Positions 34,398 through 46,376 of a DNA stretch of 64,000 nt are shown here, piece by piece (the stretch's first letter is position 1; each line of letters starts with the position of its first letter). Below the pieces are notes generated by a model that was not told where the DNA came from, made no database searches, and was given only the letters and a program-made list of their open reading frames with translations. Source of the stretch: Candidatus Altimarinota bacterium (GTDB lineage Bacteria > Patescibacteriota > Gracilibacteria > BD1-5 > UBA2023); contig JAYVUT010000010.1 of NCBI GenBank assembly GCA_043787675.1, positions 16,733 through 80,732 on the forward strand, written 5' to 3'. The position numbers were made by a program, and so were the translations under genes.

Positions 34398-36281
34398 CTA
34401 TTGTTGTATCTTCCATTTTTGCATCTCATCTGCCGATATATTTCCAAAAAAATCTCCACGATAATATACTCACTCACTTGGCCGACTCTTTGGGCTTTCA
34501 TATTTTTTGCTATAGAGCAGTTCTCTTCTCAGACAAGGAGTATCGAGACATATGGGGATCTGATGGAGTCAGTTTGGTACTGCAGATGTATTTTGCTGTA
34601 TATATTTATTTGTTATCATATACTCAGCAATCTTGTGCCAGATTGGTCCTGCTCCACTCACACCTGACACATCTCCCATCGATGATCCATCAGTATTGCC
34701 AACCCAGACCCCGATAATTGCATCTTTTGAGTACGATATCGTCCAATTATCTCGGAAATCTGTGCTGGTTCCAGTTTTTACTGGTAGGGGTATACTCGTA
34801 CCAAGTATACTCGATATACCAAAAGTACGCGATCGATTTCTTGGATCAGAGAGTATTTTAGAAATTTGCCATTTACTAGGATTGCTCATATCAAGGAGTG
34901 AGCTGTAGGAGTCTACTATATTCTCCATTGTGAGTTCGACAGTTCCTAGCGATATACCATACCCGTAGTATCCGACATCATGATCGAGTGAGAGTCCCAT
35001 ACTACGGAGAAAGTCGTATACTCTAGAAATAGAGAGAGTATCCGTGAGCCTGACTGTTGCTGAGTTGAGTGAGTTGCCGAGTGCTTCTCTGAGTTTGATT
35101 GGGCCATATGACTTGGGATTATAGTTTTCAGGGACAAAATATTTTCCTGTTGTACTCGTTTCATAACTTGTTTTTTCATCGAGGAGATAGTCCTCAGTAT
35201 CAGCTCATTTCTCGAGTGCGAGGAGATATATGAATGGTTTCAGTAGTGATCCAACAGAACGACTACGAGTAATCATATCGATTTGTTCATCCGTATTCAT
35301 ATTTGCTATATATGTGAGGATCGTATTTGTCCGAGGATCAATGATATATATCTGAGCATTTGTCACATTTTTTCATGAGAGAGAATCAAGTACTCATCTT
35401 GCTATAAGGAGTGACTCATTCATCAGACGTGAGTCTATAGTGAGAGTGAGGCTGATATTGTTTGATTCACATAGATTTTCTGGTATCTCGATTGTCCATT
35501 TTTTCATAATATTTTTATACCCACTACAGTATAATTTTATTTCATTATCAACACGATTTGTTATCATCGGGAATATATCAATTCATGGTTTTTGTACTTT
35601 TATTCTGAGATGTGTTTGCGTTCATTTTTTTCCTATCTTTTCAGTGACCCTCGTTCTATATGCGAGTACTGCCCCTTCATTTGACTCTCATATATTAGGG
35701 TATTTGAGTCTGGTGATAGTATCGAGTATTGTATCCTCATCAGGATTATTACCTATCACTGTGGCTATACCGTAGAGTCCATTTCCCATGTACACTGTAG
35801 AGAGATATTTACGCAGTATTTCGTCTTTGCTGTATCTGTGTTCGAGGATCATGGCTCCGATAGTTTCTCTGATTTTTTGGAGTATAGTCCGAGGTTCACT
35901 ATTATAGTATGCGTTCTTGATATACTGTTCTGTTATCGTCGATCCACCACGTACGACTCCACCTGCCGATATATTCTGATAGATACTCGCGATCTTCGCA
36001 CTCAGATTGACTCAACTATGCTCATAGAATCTCGCGTCTTCCACTCATACTATATTCTTTACGAGATCTGTATCGAGTGACCCAGTATAGAGGAGTGAGT
36101 AGCCATCAGATCTTCACTTATCTGTGATTATCCCTCATAGGTGATCCCTGAGGATGATATGTCCATATTGAGTGTTGGGATTTTTGTATACAGTATTGCA
36201 GATGTCCACGACAAATAACACGACAAGTATAAAAAAGGCAAAAGAGATGAGAAGCAGGATTTTTTTCACGAGAAGTATCAT
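34398..36281 (-). CDS. Class A penicillin-binding protein (GT51 transglycosylase plus transpeptidase)
   Basis: The TG motifs are VEDARFYEHSGV and RGGSTITEQY. The TP motifs are SLLK (SxxK), SLN (SxN) and KTGTS (KTG). The N-terminus has a TM helix. The single 627-aa frame was verified codon by codon, including the A7 tract near 35625. Confidence 0.85.
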
Positions 36282-36297
36282 ATCTACAAAAAATCTT

Positions 36298-36324
36298 TTG
36301 ACAAATATAATATTTCACTATAAT
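36298..36324 (+). promoter_or_regulatory. Putative promoter of the rplJL operon
   Basis: It has perfect TTGACA and TATAAT hexamers, but the spacer is only 15 nt. Confidence 0.35.
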
Positions 36325-36334
36325 CCACTCACTT

Positions 36335-36500
36335 CTATCGGAGACAGTAGGTTTCGCATTATGCGAAGTAAAAATAGCCTACCGAGATGGACAGTTAGGG
36401 TATAGAGGTTAGTAATTAGATTTTCGAATCTAAATCCTAAATTCTAAAATCTCATTCTGTTCGTACGATATGTGCGGACTTTTTTTATCCCAAATATTGT
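36335..36500 (+). promoter_or_regulatory. Structured 5' leader of rplJ (L10-leader-like autoregulatory element) ending in an intrinsic terminator or attenuator
   Basis: It has nested hairpins: GTAGGT..GCCTAC enclosing TTCGCAT/ATGCGAA, then TAGATT-TTCG-AATCTA. These are followed by GUUCGUAC-GAUA-GUGCGGAC plus T7 at about 36468-36497, 35 nt before the rplJ ATG. Confidence 0.5.
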
Positions 36501-36533
36501 CAGGAGTATTATCTCTCTAATCATCATCCCAAT

Positions 36534-37169
36534 ATGGCTGTCACAAAAGCAAAAAAAGCAGAACAACTCCTTGTTCTTGAATCTCATCTCAAGTCAGCAA
36601 CGAGTGTCGCTTTCACATCTAATACAAAGGTAACTGTTCTCGAGATATCTGCTCTCAAAAAAGATCTCCGTTCGCAGAACGCTATCTATCTCACTGCGAA
36701 AAAGACTCTCATTCGTATAGCATTCAAGACTGTATATGGTGTCGATGTAGATCTTGCTACTCTCCCAGGTCAGGTTGGTCTTGTTATCGCCAAGGGCGAT
36801 GCCCTCACTCCATTTTCTATTGCGAATAAGTATGCAACAGAGTGGAAAAAAGAACAGAAAATGACATTCGTCGCTGGATATATGGAGGGTCGCCTCATGG
36901 ATGCTACAGAGACTGCGAAGCTCGCAACACTCCCATCTCGAGAAGTACTCCTCGCGAAACTCCTCGGATCTATGATGTCTCCGCTCTCTGGTCTCGCTCG
37001 ATTCTTCGATGCTGCAGGGAAGGATCTTACTGCAAAATCTCTCACCAAAGTAGGAGATCTCATTGGGTTTGGAGCTGCTCCAGTAGTAACTGAAGTTCCA
37101 GTTGTTGAGGTTGTAGTCGAGGCTCCAGTTGCGGAAGCTGTTGCTTCAGAAGAGGCTCCCGCTGCATAA
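36534..37169 (+). CDS. rplJ: 50S ribosomal protein L10 with an Ala/Val/Glu-rich C-terminal extension
   Basis: This is an intact track ORF of 211 aa with typical L10 sequence. It contains no TGA codon. Confidence 0.93.
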   Translation: MAVTKAKKAEQLLVLESHLKSATSVAFTSNTKVTVLEISALKKDLRSQNAIYLTAKKTLIRIAFKTVYGVDVDLATLPGQVGLVIAKGDALTPFSIANKYATEWKKEQKMTFVAGYMEGRLMDATETAKLATLPSREVLLAKLLGSMMSPLSGLARFFDAAGKDLTAKSLTKVGDLIGFGAAPVVTEVPVVEVVVEAPVAEAVASEEAPAA

Positions 37170-37256
37170 TTGTTTTCTCGTATACTGTTTCCTTCGGGAG
37201 ACAGTCACGAGATGAGAATCTCGGCAAATATATTTATTTATTTATTTTTTTCTATT

Positions 37257-37634
37257 ATGGCTGACCTATCTAAGAACGCAGAAAAGATCATGGAACTCGT
37301 AGAGGCTCTCACGATCGTCGAACTCGCTGATCTCGTATCTGCAATGGAGACGAAGTTCGGAGTATCTGCTGCTGCTCCTGTAGCTGCTCTAGGAGCTGCT
37401 GTTGCTGGTGGTGGTGACGATGAGAAGACAGCATTCGATGTTGTTATGACCTCTGCTGGAGCTGCGAAGATCGCGGTTATCAAGGTAATCCGTGAGATCA
37501 CTGGTCTCGGACTCGCTGAGGCAAAAGGACTCGCTGACAATGGTGGAAACATCAAGACAGGTGTCAAGAAAGATGAGGCTGAGAAAATCAAGACTCAACT
37601 CACTGAGGCTGGAGCTACAGTTGAGATCAAATAA
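37257..37634 (+). CDS. rplL: 50S ribosomal protein L7/L12
   Basis: The sequence [60 protein letters not shown] is typical L7/L12. The start is the internal ATG of track ORF 37170..37634. It contains no TGA. Confidence 0.93.
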   Translation: MADLSKNAEKIMELVEALTIVELADLVSAMETKFGVSAAAPVAALGAAVAGGGDDEKTAFDVVMTSAGAAKIAVIKVIREITGLGLAEAKGLADNGGNIKTGVKKDEAEKIKTQLTEAGATVEIK

Positions 37635-37651
37635 TTGATTTCTTTTCTTTC

Positions 37652-37686
37652 AAAAATCCACTCGAATTTCGAGTGGATTTTTTTGG
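37652..37686 (+). terminator. Rho-independent terminator of rplJL
   Basis: The stem AAATCCACTCG / CGAGTGGATTT is followed by a T run. Confidence 0.75.
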
Positions 37687-37727
37687 TTTTTGTGTATAAT
37701 CAGTTCATTATTTTTGTTTCTCTATCT

Positions 37728-39539
37728 ATGTCTCCTATCCTCGTATCTGATATTCGCCAGAAGTATCTCGATTTTTTTCGTTCCCATGGTCATGCTATCA
37801 TACCATCAGCACCACTTGTTCCTGAGAATGATCCATCAGTACTATTCAACACAGCTGGTATGCAACCACTCATACCATACCTCCTCGGAGAATCCCATCC
37901 ATCAGGCAAGAGACTCGCTGATGTACAGAAGTGTGTACGAACTGGAGATATTGATGATGTTGGTGATAATACGCATCTGACTTTTTTTGAGATGCTCGGA
38001 AACTGGTCTCTCGGGGATTATTTTAAAAAAGAATCGATTGCAATGAGTTGGGAATTTCTCACTGATAAAAAATGGCTCTCTCTCGATCCCGAAATGATCT
38101 CAGTCACTGTGTTCGAGTGAGATGTGAACGCTCCTCGAGATGAGGAATCGGCAGAGATATGGAAGTCTATAGGTATGCCTGTAGATCGTATTGCATATCT
38201 ACCAGCGGAGGATAACTGGTGGGCCGCAGGCCCAACGGGTCCATGTGGTCCTGATACGGAGATATTCTACTGGATGGGTTCATGAAAACCACCAGCTAAA
38301 TCGAATGTTGGAAGTGATCCGAAAAATTGGATGGAGATATGGAATAATGTTTTTATGCAGTACAATCGAGTTGATGCGAATACACTCAATACTCTTCCAG
38401 CACAATGTGTAGATACTGGTATGGGTATAGAGAGATGTGCAGTTACACTCAATGGTATGAAGAGTGTTTATGAAACAGATTCATTTGCTCCAGTATTGCA
38501 ACAAATCCGAGAAATCGTCTGAGAAAAAAACTATATCGAACGATCAGCTCGTATCATCGCAGATCATATCCGTACAGCGACGCATATGATCGCAGATGGA
38601 GTCACTCCGAAGAATGTTGATCAAGGGTATATTCTCCGCCGTCTCATTCGCCGAGCTATCCGTGAAGCATATAAGATGGGATATGAGCTACCATTCGCGA
38701 GTGTGATCTCAGATATGTACATCGAGCAATTCTCTGGTATCTATGAGAGTGTATGAAATAATGCTGAAAAGATTAAAAATGAACTAAATATAGAAGAAGG
38801 AAAGTTCAGTAAAACTCTCAAAGAAGGAGTACGAGAATTCGATAAAATTGTGAATGGATTCCAGATTGCATTCGAACGAAGTGGTCAGAGAGTGACTCAG
38901 ATTTCAGGAGCTAAGGCATTCACACTCTTTGATACCTATGGATTCCCACTTGAGATGACGGTAGAACTCGCAAAAGAGAAAGATCTCACGGTAGATATAG
39001 AATGATTCAATATTGCATTCGAAAAACATCAAGAACTCTCTCGTACAGCGAGTGCTGGCAAGTTCAAGTGAGGACTAGCCGATGATGGAATCGAGACAAC
39101 AGCTCTACACTCTGCTTGTCACCTGATGCTTGCAGGACTCCGGCAAGTACTCGGGACACACGTAACCCAAGCAGGATCGAATATCACAGCTGAGCGTCTT
39201 CGGTTTGACTTCACTCACTCTGAGAAGATGACCTCGGAACAGATTCAGGCAGTTGAGGACTACGTGAATACCGCTATAGGTGCATCACTCACTGTGACAA
39301 TATCCAATATGGATAAAAAAGAGGCCCAAGATACATGAGTATCTGGCTCGTTCTGGGAGAAGTATCCTGATATCGTTAAGGTCTACTCGATGGTTGGAGG
39401 TGATGGTTTCGTATACTCTAGGGAGTTATGTGGTGGTCCTCATGTCGAGAACTCACAAGAGATGGGGAAGTTTAAGATAGTAAAAGAAGAATCAAGTAGT
39501 TCAGGGGTGAGGAGAATTAAGGCGGTGTTGGAGAAATAA
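37728..39539 (+). CDS. alaS: Alanine--tRNA ligase, short form lacking the C-Ala domain
   Basis: It has class II motifs ([30 protein letters not shown]) and the editing-domain motifs HSACHLM and CGGPHV. The frame was checked line by line (7 TGA). It is 603 aa and ends at TAA 39537-39539. Confidence 0.9.
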
Positions 39540-39547
39540 TAGAGAAT

Positions 39548-39799
39548 ATGCCAATCCCACTTCCCCATTCCCACTGGCGTCATTACAAATCTACAGGATG
39601 AACTGATTATACGTATGAGGTGATCGGTATTGCAAAACACTCTGAAACTGGAGAAGAAATGGTGATATATAAACCTCTCTATGAGATACCACTTGATTCA
39701 TGGGCCTATGGGTATGAATTCGTAATTCGCCCACTCTCTATCTGGTATGATATCATTGAATACGGAGGGAAGAGTATTCAGAGATTTACTCAAATATAA
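39548..39799 (+). CDS. DUF1653-family small protein
   Basis: WRHYKSTGGTDYTYEVIGIAKHSETGEEMVIYKPLY..FVIRPLSIW..RFTQI matches the DUF1653 pattern. One TGA is in frame. Confidence 0.7.
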
Positions 39800-39813
39800 A
39801 TAAGATATTTTCC

Positions 39814-41112
39814 ATGTACTCCTTTATCTGAGTTTTAATACTCATTTTCCCTGTATTTCACTCACCGTCACTTGTGAGTCGTATTGAGTCTCCTATTCAG
39901 GATATTATCTATACGAATTCTGGATACAGTTCTGATTATGTAGAGGTATCTATTGGTACTCCTATAATTTTTTGGAATCAATCTAATCTTCCTATGTGGA
40001 CAGCCTCAGATCCACATCCGGTTCATACGGATTTTTCTCTATTTGATGCCCGTAGGTCTTATGCGCCAGGAACTTTTTATATCTATACATTCCAGAAAAC
40101 AGGTACATATGCGTATCATAATCACGAGAAATCCAATCATCGTGGAATTATTCGAGTGATTGATCCGACTAGGCCATTTGTTCCGATTGATAAAACTCAA
40201 GAAAATCTCAAAAAAACTCGTGATAAGTTTCTCGCCATGCTCGACCCCCATGATGATACGAGTATTTCTCATATGATCAGAACTCTCGAATCAGATACCA
40301 AGCTCTCTCGTAATTGTCATGATATGTCTCATGATTTGGGACATCGTGCATATGAACTCTATGGCTTTTCTCGTGCGATGACGTGGTCCAATGGAAATAT
40401 AGAGAATACCTCAGTAGATGATGTGTGTGCTGGGTGATATATGCATGGTATTCTTGAAGAATTATTCCTACATCATCCAGAATTACAAGAAAATCCTGAG
40501 TCGGTATGTTCAGGAATTCCGAGCAAGCATCAGGGAAGTTGTTATCATGGGGTGGGTCATGGTATTATGTTCTCTACCAAGAGAGACGTTGAGAAATCAC
40601 TCATTGCATGTCGTACTATGTCTAATAGCACATTTGTATATCGTTGTTTTGAATGAGTGTGGATGGAAATGTTCTGGTGAGATACGGGTCATGCTGGTGC
40701 TGATTCTCTTGGTTGGAGTACTGATGATCCATTTGCACGCTGTAAACTTGCCAAAGCTGATGAGAAGCCTACTTGTTTTCTCTATGCCCATCTCGGATAT
40801 TTGAGGTCTCACCTTTGAGATTTTCCAGGAGTTATCCGGTTCTGTACTAATTCTGATCTCTCGAGTTATGATACGAGATTCTGTCTCAAGTGAATCTGAA
40901 TCACCATGATGAAACACTTCACCAGTAATCATCTGGAAAAATCAGAATCACTTGTCAAAAAACTGAGTGAATCACAGAAATATGCATACTATGGATGAAT
41001 ACATAGTTATGCACTACTTTCTTCTGTTAAAAAAACTGATTTGGACATATTTTGTGGGCATTTAAGTCAAGATAGTACTGTTTGTAGAAAAGCACTTTTA
41101 GAGGCAAAATAG
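39814..41112 (+). CDS. Secreted or anchored protein with an N-terminal cupredoxin-like domain and a Cys/His-rich C-terminal domain
   Basis: The signal-like start is MYSFIGVLILIFPVF. VEVSIGTPIIFWNQSN..ASDPHPVH..GTYAYHNHEKSNHRGIIRV resembles the cupredoxin_1 fold. Downstream are repeated C..H..GHG motifs. Track fragments 39874..40437 and 40441..40656 share its frame (10 TGA). Confidence 0.5.
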
Positions 41113-41120
41113 ATAATTAT

Positions 41121-41726
41121 CTAGTCCTTTTTTCCGAGTCCGATAAAATATTCTTCGAAACTCCTTTCTCGACATGCTTTGGGTTTGAATCGACTTACTT
41201 TTGCAAAATTTGCCTTGAGTGGTCACATGAGATCATTCACATCTTCTCAGACGAATACCTTGAGTACGAGATTACCTCACTTCACGAGAAATACTCGGGC
41301 AACGTCGAGGATTGCAAGATTGAGTTCCACTGATCTATATTGATCTACACCGCTCATTCCTGTAGTGGATGGAGCGATATCTGAGGTGATGAGGTCAAAC
41401 TGTCCTATGTTTAGACTATCGAGATAGGTACGGATTTTTTCATATTCGAAGATACTCTCTTGTAGGAGGTGGATATTGGGACGACCAAAATTGGGATCAA
41501 TTTTTGTGATATCGATACCGACTACCTTGTGTTCGAGGTCTACAATTTTCCCAATTACTTGTAAAAAACTCCCTGGTGCAGCTCCAACATCGAGTACATT
41601 CATTTTAGGTTGAATAATACTGTATTTTTCTTGGATTTCTAGTAGCTTAAATGCACTACGAGCACGATATCCGAGTTTTTTAGCTTTTTCGAAATAGGGA
41701 TCTTGTACAATGAATTGTTTGGTCAT
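41121..41726 (-). CDS. rlmE: 23S rRNA 2'-O-ribose methyltransferase RlmE/FtsJ
   Basis: Motifs are DPYFEKAKKLGYRARSAFKLLEI, LDVGAAPGSF and TSDIAPSTTG. The frame continues across 3 TGA to TAG 41121-41123. Confidence 0.85.
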
Positions 41727-41802
41727 GAGTGGTTGACAGATGGATAAATCTCGATACACTGAGTATCAATATTGTATTACTTTGCTATCCTAGTCTTTTT
41801 GT

Positions 41803-42405
41803 ATGGAAAATCAACCAAAAAAATGAACCTATCTCCTCATGGATCTTGAGATGACAGGTCTCAATCCATTTCAGCATGGAGTCATTGAAATCGGTATGAT
41901 AGTGCTCGATGCTCAATTCGAGATTATTGGTGAGCTTCTCATGGATCTTTGCCCCCCAGAAGATATTGCAATAGATAGATCAGCATTAGAGTATAATGGA
42001 TTCACTTTGGATCGAATTGCAGCAGGGAGATCATATGAGGAGTTTTGTGATATATTCACTGGATTTTTCGAGACGTATTTTTCTCCAGAACACAAGCCTG
42101 TTATTGTAGGGCAATATATCACTGCTGATATTGTATTTCTTTCGAGTGTATTTGATCGATCTCGACGTAGTATTCTCATGGATTCTCTTGGCAATGATAT
42201 CATCGATACCAAGTCAATAGCTAATCAGGCAAATGCTATAGCGAGATACAATAATATACCACTTCCATTCAAGAGTACGAGCCTCTCAAAACCTGGATGA
42301 CTTGCTGATGTATTCCATATTTCTGGATATGAGGCTCATACTGCTAAGGGTGATATGCTCGCAACTCGTGAGGTCCTCCTCAAGTTTCTACATTTCAAAA
42401 AATAA
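41803..42405 (+). CDS. DEDDh 3'-5' exonuclease (DnaQ/epsilon-like fold)
   Basis: Exo I is MDLEMTGL, Exo II is GQYITADIVFL, and Exo III is HTAKGD. Track ORF 41839..42300 extends across TGA at both ends. Confidence 0.7.
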
Positions 42406-42411
42406 TATATT

Positions 42412-44193
42412 ATGACTTACTCAATCAAGTGGAATCTTTCCCGCTACTTTTATACTGGGCTCGATGATCCCAAACTTGCGAGTGATATTGCCAATATACT
42501 CCCAACAACTGAAATTTTCTCAAAAAAGTATGAACATACTTTTCATACTTTTACTACTACTGAAGAAATACTCGAGTTCTACTCAGATTATACGATCATA
42601 TCATATGATATGGCAACACCGAGTTATTATCTATTCTATAGATCATCTCTTGATACTCAGGATCTCGCTGTGACCAAAAAAATGTGAGAAGTAGACTATA
42701 TCTATACTCTAGCGTCTAATCAGATGCTCTGGATAGCCCAATGATGGAAGACTATCGGATATGATAGAATCATATCTTGGACCAATGATCCAAAAATGGC
42801 TCGATATAAAAATGATCTTCTCTCTACAGCAGATGGTATAAAGTATATCCTTGGAGAAGCTGAGGAAAAGGTCCTCAATCTCAAATCTCGACCTCTCTCT
42901 CTCGCGAATTCACTCCATGATGAGCTCACAGGATCCTATGAATATACGATGATGATCGACGGCGAGGAAAAAAAACTTACCGAAGAAGAAGTTAGGAGCT
43001 ATCGTCAACATACGGATCGCAATATCAGACGAGAATCATATGAGTCATTGCGTAGAGTATATAATTCCAAACAAACTCAGATCACCCTTGGTAATATCTA
43101 TACGAGCATAGTCAAGGACTGGAGCTCTGAAATCACTATGCGTTGATATCCAGAGAACGTGATGGCTGGACGCAATATTTCTGAAGAGATGGATGATGAG
43201 GTGGTAGATATGCTTCTCGCCGAGGTCGAGCGAGCATATCCACTTTACCAGAGATTTCTCAGAGTAAAGGCGAAAATGATCGGACTTCAGGATGATTTTT
43301 CAGTCTATGATATCGGTGCACCACTTGGGACAGTAGATAAAAACTTTACATTCGATGAGGCATATGATCTCCACCTGAGTGTGATGCGAGATTTTGACTC
43401 GGAGTTCTATGACTATTCAGTACGGATGATCGAGGAGGAGCGGATCGATGCACTCCCACATGCAGGTAAGCGAGGATGAGCCTATGCATCATATCGTAAG
43501 TGAGAGGAGTCATTTGTCCTCCTCAACTTCACAGGGAAGCTCCGTGATGTCTCGACAATCTCACACGAGCTCGGGCATGCTATCCATGGACACCTCTCAC
43601 AGTGACAAGAGGCTCCAGTCTATGACTCGGCACTCTCTATGGCTGAGACGGCTTCGATATTTGCTGAGATGCTCCTCGGTGAAAAGGTCAAATCTCTCGT
43701 AAATGCCGATGAATATAGAGAATATCTCAATGAGCGACTCTGAGATATATTTGCAACGATTTTTCGCCAGGTGCAATATGTCGCATTCGAGCGACAGGTA
43801 CATACGCAGATCCATAGCGGAGAGGAGCTCTCATATAAAGATCTCAATACACTCTGGAGAGGGCATCAAGACAAGCTCTATGGCTGAGTTGTTGCCTATG
43901 ATACTGATGCCTCGAGTGAGAGTGGATGGTCTATGATACCTCATATTTTTCATACACCGTTCTATTGTTATGCTTATACATTTGGTAATCTTCTCACATT
44001 TGCTCTCTATAACAAGGTACAGAGTGGTGAACTATCGAAAGAAGACTACAAGGATATCCTCAGGTCTGGAGGATCTGAACGTCCTCGTGATTTATTGAAT
44101 AGATATGGTATAGATATTGCCTCCACTGATTTTTATCAGTCAGGACTCAGAGAAGTGGAGAAAATGGTAGAGGAGTTTGAGAAACTTGTATAA
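42412..44193 (+). CDS. pepF: Oligoendopeptidase F (M3B metallopeptidase)
   Basis: It has the HELGH zinc motif and the downstream Glu region. Four track fragments share one frame and join across 8 TGA. The protein is 593 aa. Confidence 0.85.
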
Positions 44194-44203
44194 TATCATC
44201 ACT

Positions 44204-44797
44204 ATGATTCATGTTTTTCTTTTCATATACTTTACTCTTTATTTTTTGATTACGTTTGTTCTCAAGAGTATTTTAATTGCGAAAAAAATCTGAAAAAGTC
44301 CGCTTGTTCTCCCAAAAGATGATAGTGCTTATGGACTTATAGGATATTACTTCAGAACCACACTGGTATTCATGTTTGTCTACGTAGTTCTTATGGTATT
44401 TTCCCCATCTCTTGCTGTATATATCATGCCAATATTATGGATCGAAAACGAAATCCTTGCTTATATTGGAATGTTTCTCTTGTTTCTGAGTATTATCTGG
44501 ACGATCATTGCTCAATGAAATATGAAAAATTCATGGCGAATTGGTATTGATACCGTGACAAAAACAGAACTTGTTACAATAGGACTCTTTCAGTATTCGC
44601 GAAATCCTATATTTTTTGGAATGATTTTGACTCTTTTTTGATTTTTTCTCGTTACACCCAATATGTTCACTCTTTTATTCCTATTGATCGGATATGTACT
44701 TATTCAGATTCAGATTCGCCTAGAAGAAGAATTTCTCTTATCCCAACATGGAGAACTTTATGCAGCGTATACCAAAAAAGTTCGTAGAATAATATAG
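44204..44797 (+). CDS. Isoprenylcysteine carboxyl methyltransferase (ICMT/PEMT)-family membrane methyltransferase
   Basis: It has five TM segments, and LVTIGLFQYSRNPIFFG is the family signature. Three TGA are in frame. Confidence 0.7.
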
Positions 44798-44823
44798 TAT
44801 AAAAAATAATTATTTTTCAACTT

Positions 44824-45453
44824 ATGCCTACTCCCATCAAATCCTCATCTGCAAATATTCTCCCATTTGTCTCTGGTATTCCACTCAAATATTGGAAACA
44901 ATGAGCCGTTCCAGGTGGAACCGTCCTCACAACAGGGAATCCAGGTATTGATCTAGAACACCTTTATATGATAGTATATTCACCCAATCCTGGTACAGTG
45001 AGCTATACAGGAGATATGCAGTATCCGCAGTTCTCTGAGCAGGCACTCGGGAGTCAATATCATGGTCAGTGTGCCGCATTCGCCAAGGCAGTCTGTGATG
45101 TGAGATCTACTCCAACGAGTTCATGGATACCATATCAATCACTCGAGGACTTCATGATCTGAATAGAGAGTCATACTTCCAATTCTTACCAATGAATTAT
45201 GATTGCTTGTTTTGATGGAAAATCGAATTATGCTCTGGCAGATTCAGATCGCAAACATGTAGCAATTATTGTGGATATTATCAGGTATGCCGATGGCAAA
45301 CCCAAGGCAATAGTCGTGATAGATCAGAATTATTATAATTTCAATCCGTACAAGTGATATAGTTGAAAAATTGCAAAACATATCATTGTATGGGGAACTC
45401 CAGGACAAAAATGAGTCGGGTATGCTCGTAATTATCATATCGTTGGTATCTAA
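44824..45453 (+). CDS. Papain-fold (CHAP/NlpC-P60, BPSL0067-like) putative amidase
   Basis: YHGQCAAFAKAVC is a candidate nucleophile Cys, and RKHVAIIVD a candidate His. The frame was checked (6 TGA). Confidence 0.5.
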
Positions 45454-45473
45454 TTTTATTATCACAATAACTC

Positions 45474-46340
45474 TTGAAAACTCTATCTCGCTCACTCATT
45501 CCTCCTGATTTTACATACTACCGTACTGGGAGTAGATTATTTTATGAGTATTATCGTAGATATACGAGTCATATAGTGAGTCGTATAGGGCAGTGATACG
45601 AATTCTGGATAGCATGGAATATTTTCCCTGGATGGTGGAGTGTGACTATAGAGAAAAATGACACTGAGCTCACGATAACTGATCTCAAAAAATCTGGAAT
45701 ATCACATGGGATCATATGGTGGACACCGATGAGAGCTATGGAGAAGCCAAAATGATGGTGGCAGGTGCCCAGCTGGTTTACCAAAAAAAATATCCATTCA
45801 TCTCGATCAGCGTTCTCTATCATCGATCATAGCGACTACTGGAACAAATGGACAGCTCCTGCGAGGGCACATCGACGTAAGGTGCTCGCGAACATAGAAC
45901 ATGGAACTATAGAGATATTGTCTGACTCTTGACTCGATGATTTTCTCTTACTATACCAGTCCACACCGGTGCACGACTCTGAAAAATGATCACGCATCCG
46001 TATGACCCGCAAATTGCTACAAAATCAGGAATCCGGATATCGTATCTATACGGCTGCAGTCTGAGGACGAGTTCTCGCAGGAGCAATATTCATCGACGAG
46101 GGACTGACGAGTGAGTATTGGGTTTCTTTTTATCATCAGGACAGTCATCCATATCATCTTGGTATAGCCATTATGGACCGGTGGTTCCTTGACTCATACA
46201 AAAATTGAATACAATATTGTGACTTAGATCATATGCGAGATACTTTCCAATCATCCAAGTATTCTGGATATACCAAATTCAAAGAATCGATTGCTGATCA
46301 TGATGTTTATTTTCATGATATGTGGATAAAAATATTCTAA
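45474..46340 (+). CDS. FemAB/BioF2-like GNAT-fold acyltransferase candidate
   Basis: The frame is open from 45471 to TAA 46338-46340 across 6 TGA. There is no ATG until codon 86, so a TTG start at 45474 is assumed. The C-terminal half (AGAIFIDEGLTSEYWVSFYHQ..LGIAIMDRWFLDS..YCDLDHM) resembles FemAB-type GNAT proteins. Confidence 0.45.
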
Positions 46341-46376
46341 AATTTAATATACTTACTATTCTAACTTTTCATACTT

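Noticed and set aside
35500-35640. A split or frameshifted class A PBP: an apparent TAA between the transglycosylase and transpeptidase halves.
   Set aside because: This was my own miscount of the homopolymer near 35625. With the 7 A actually present, the frame is continuous from 36281 to 34398 (1884 nt, divisible by 3).
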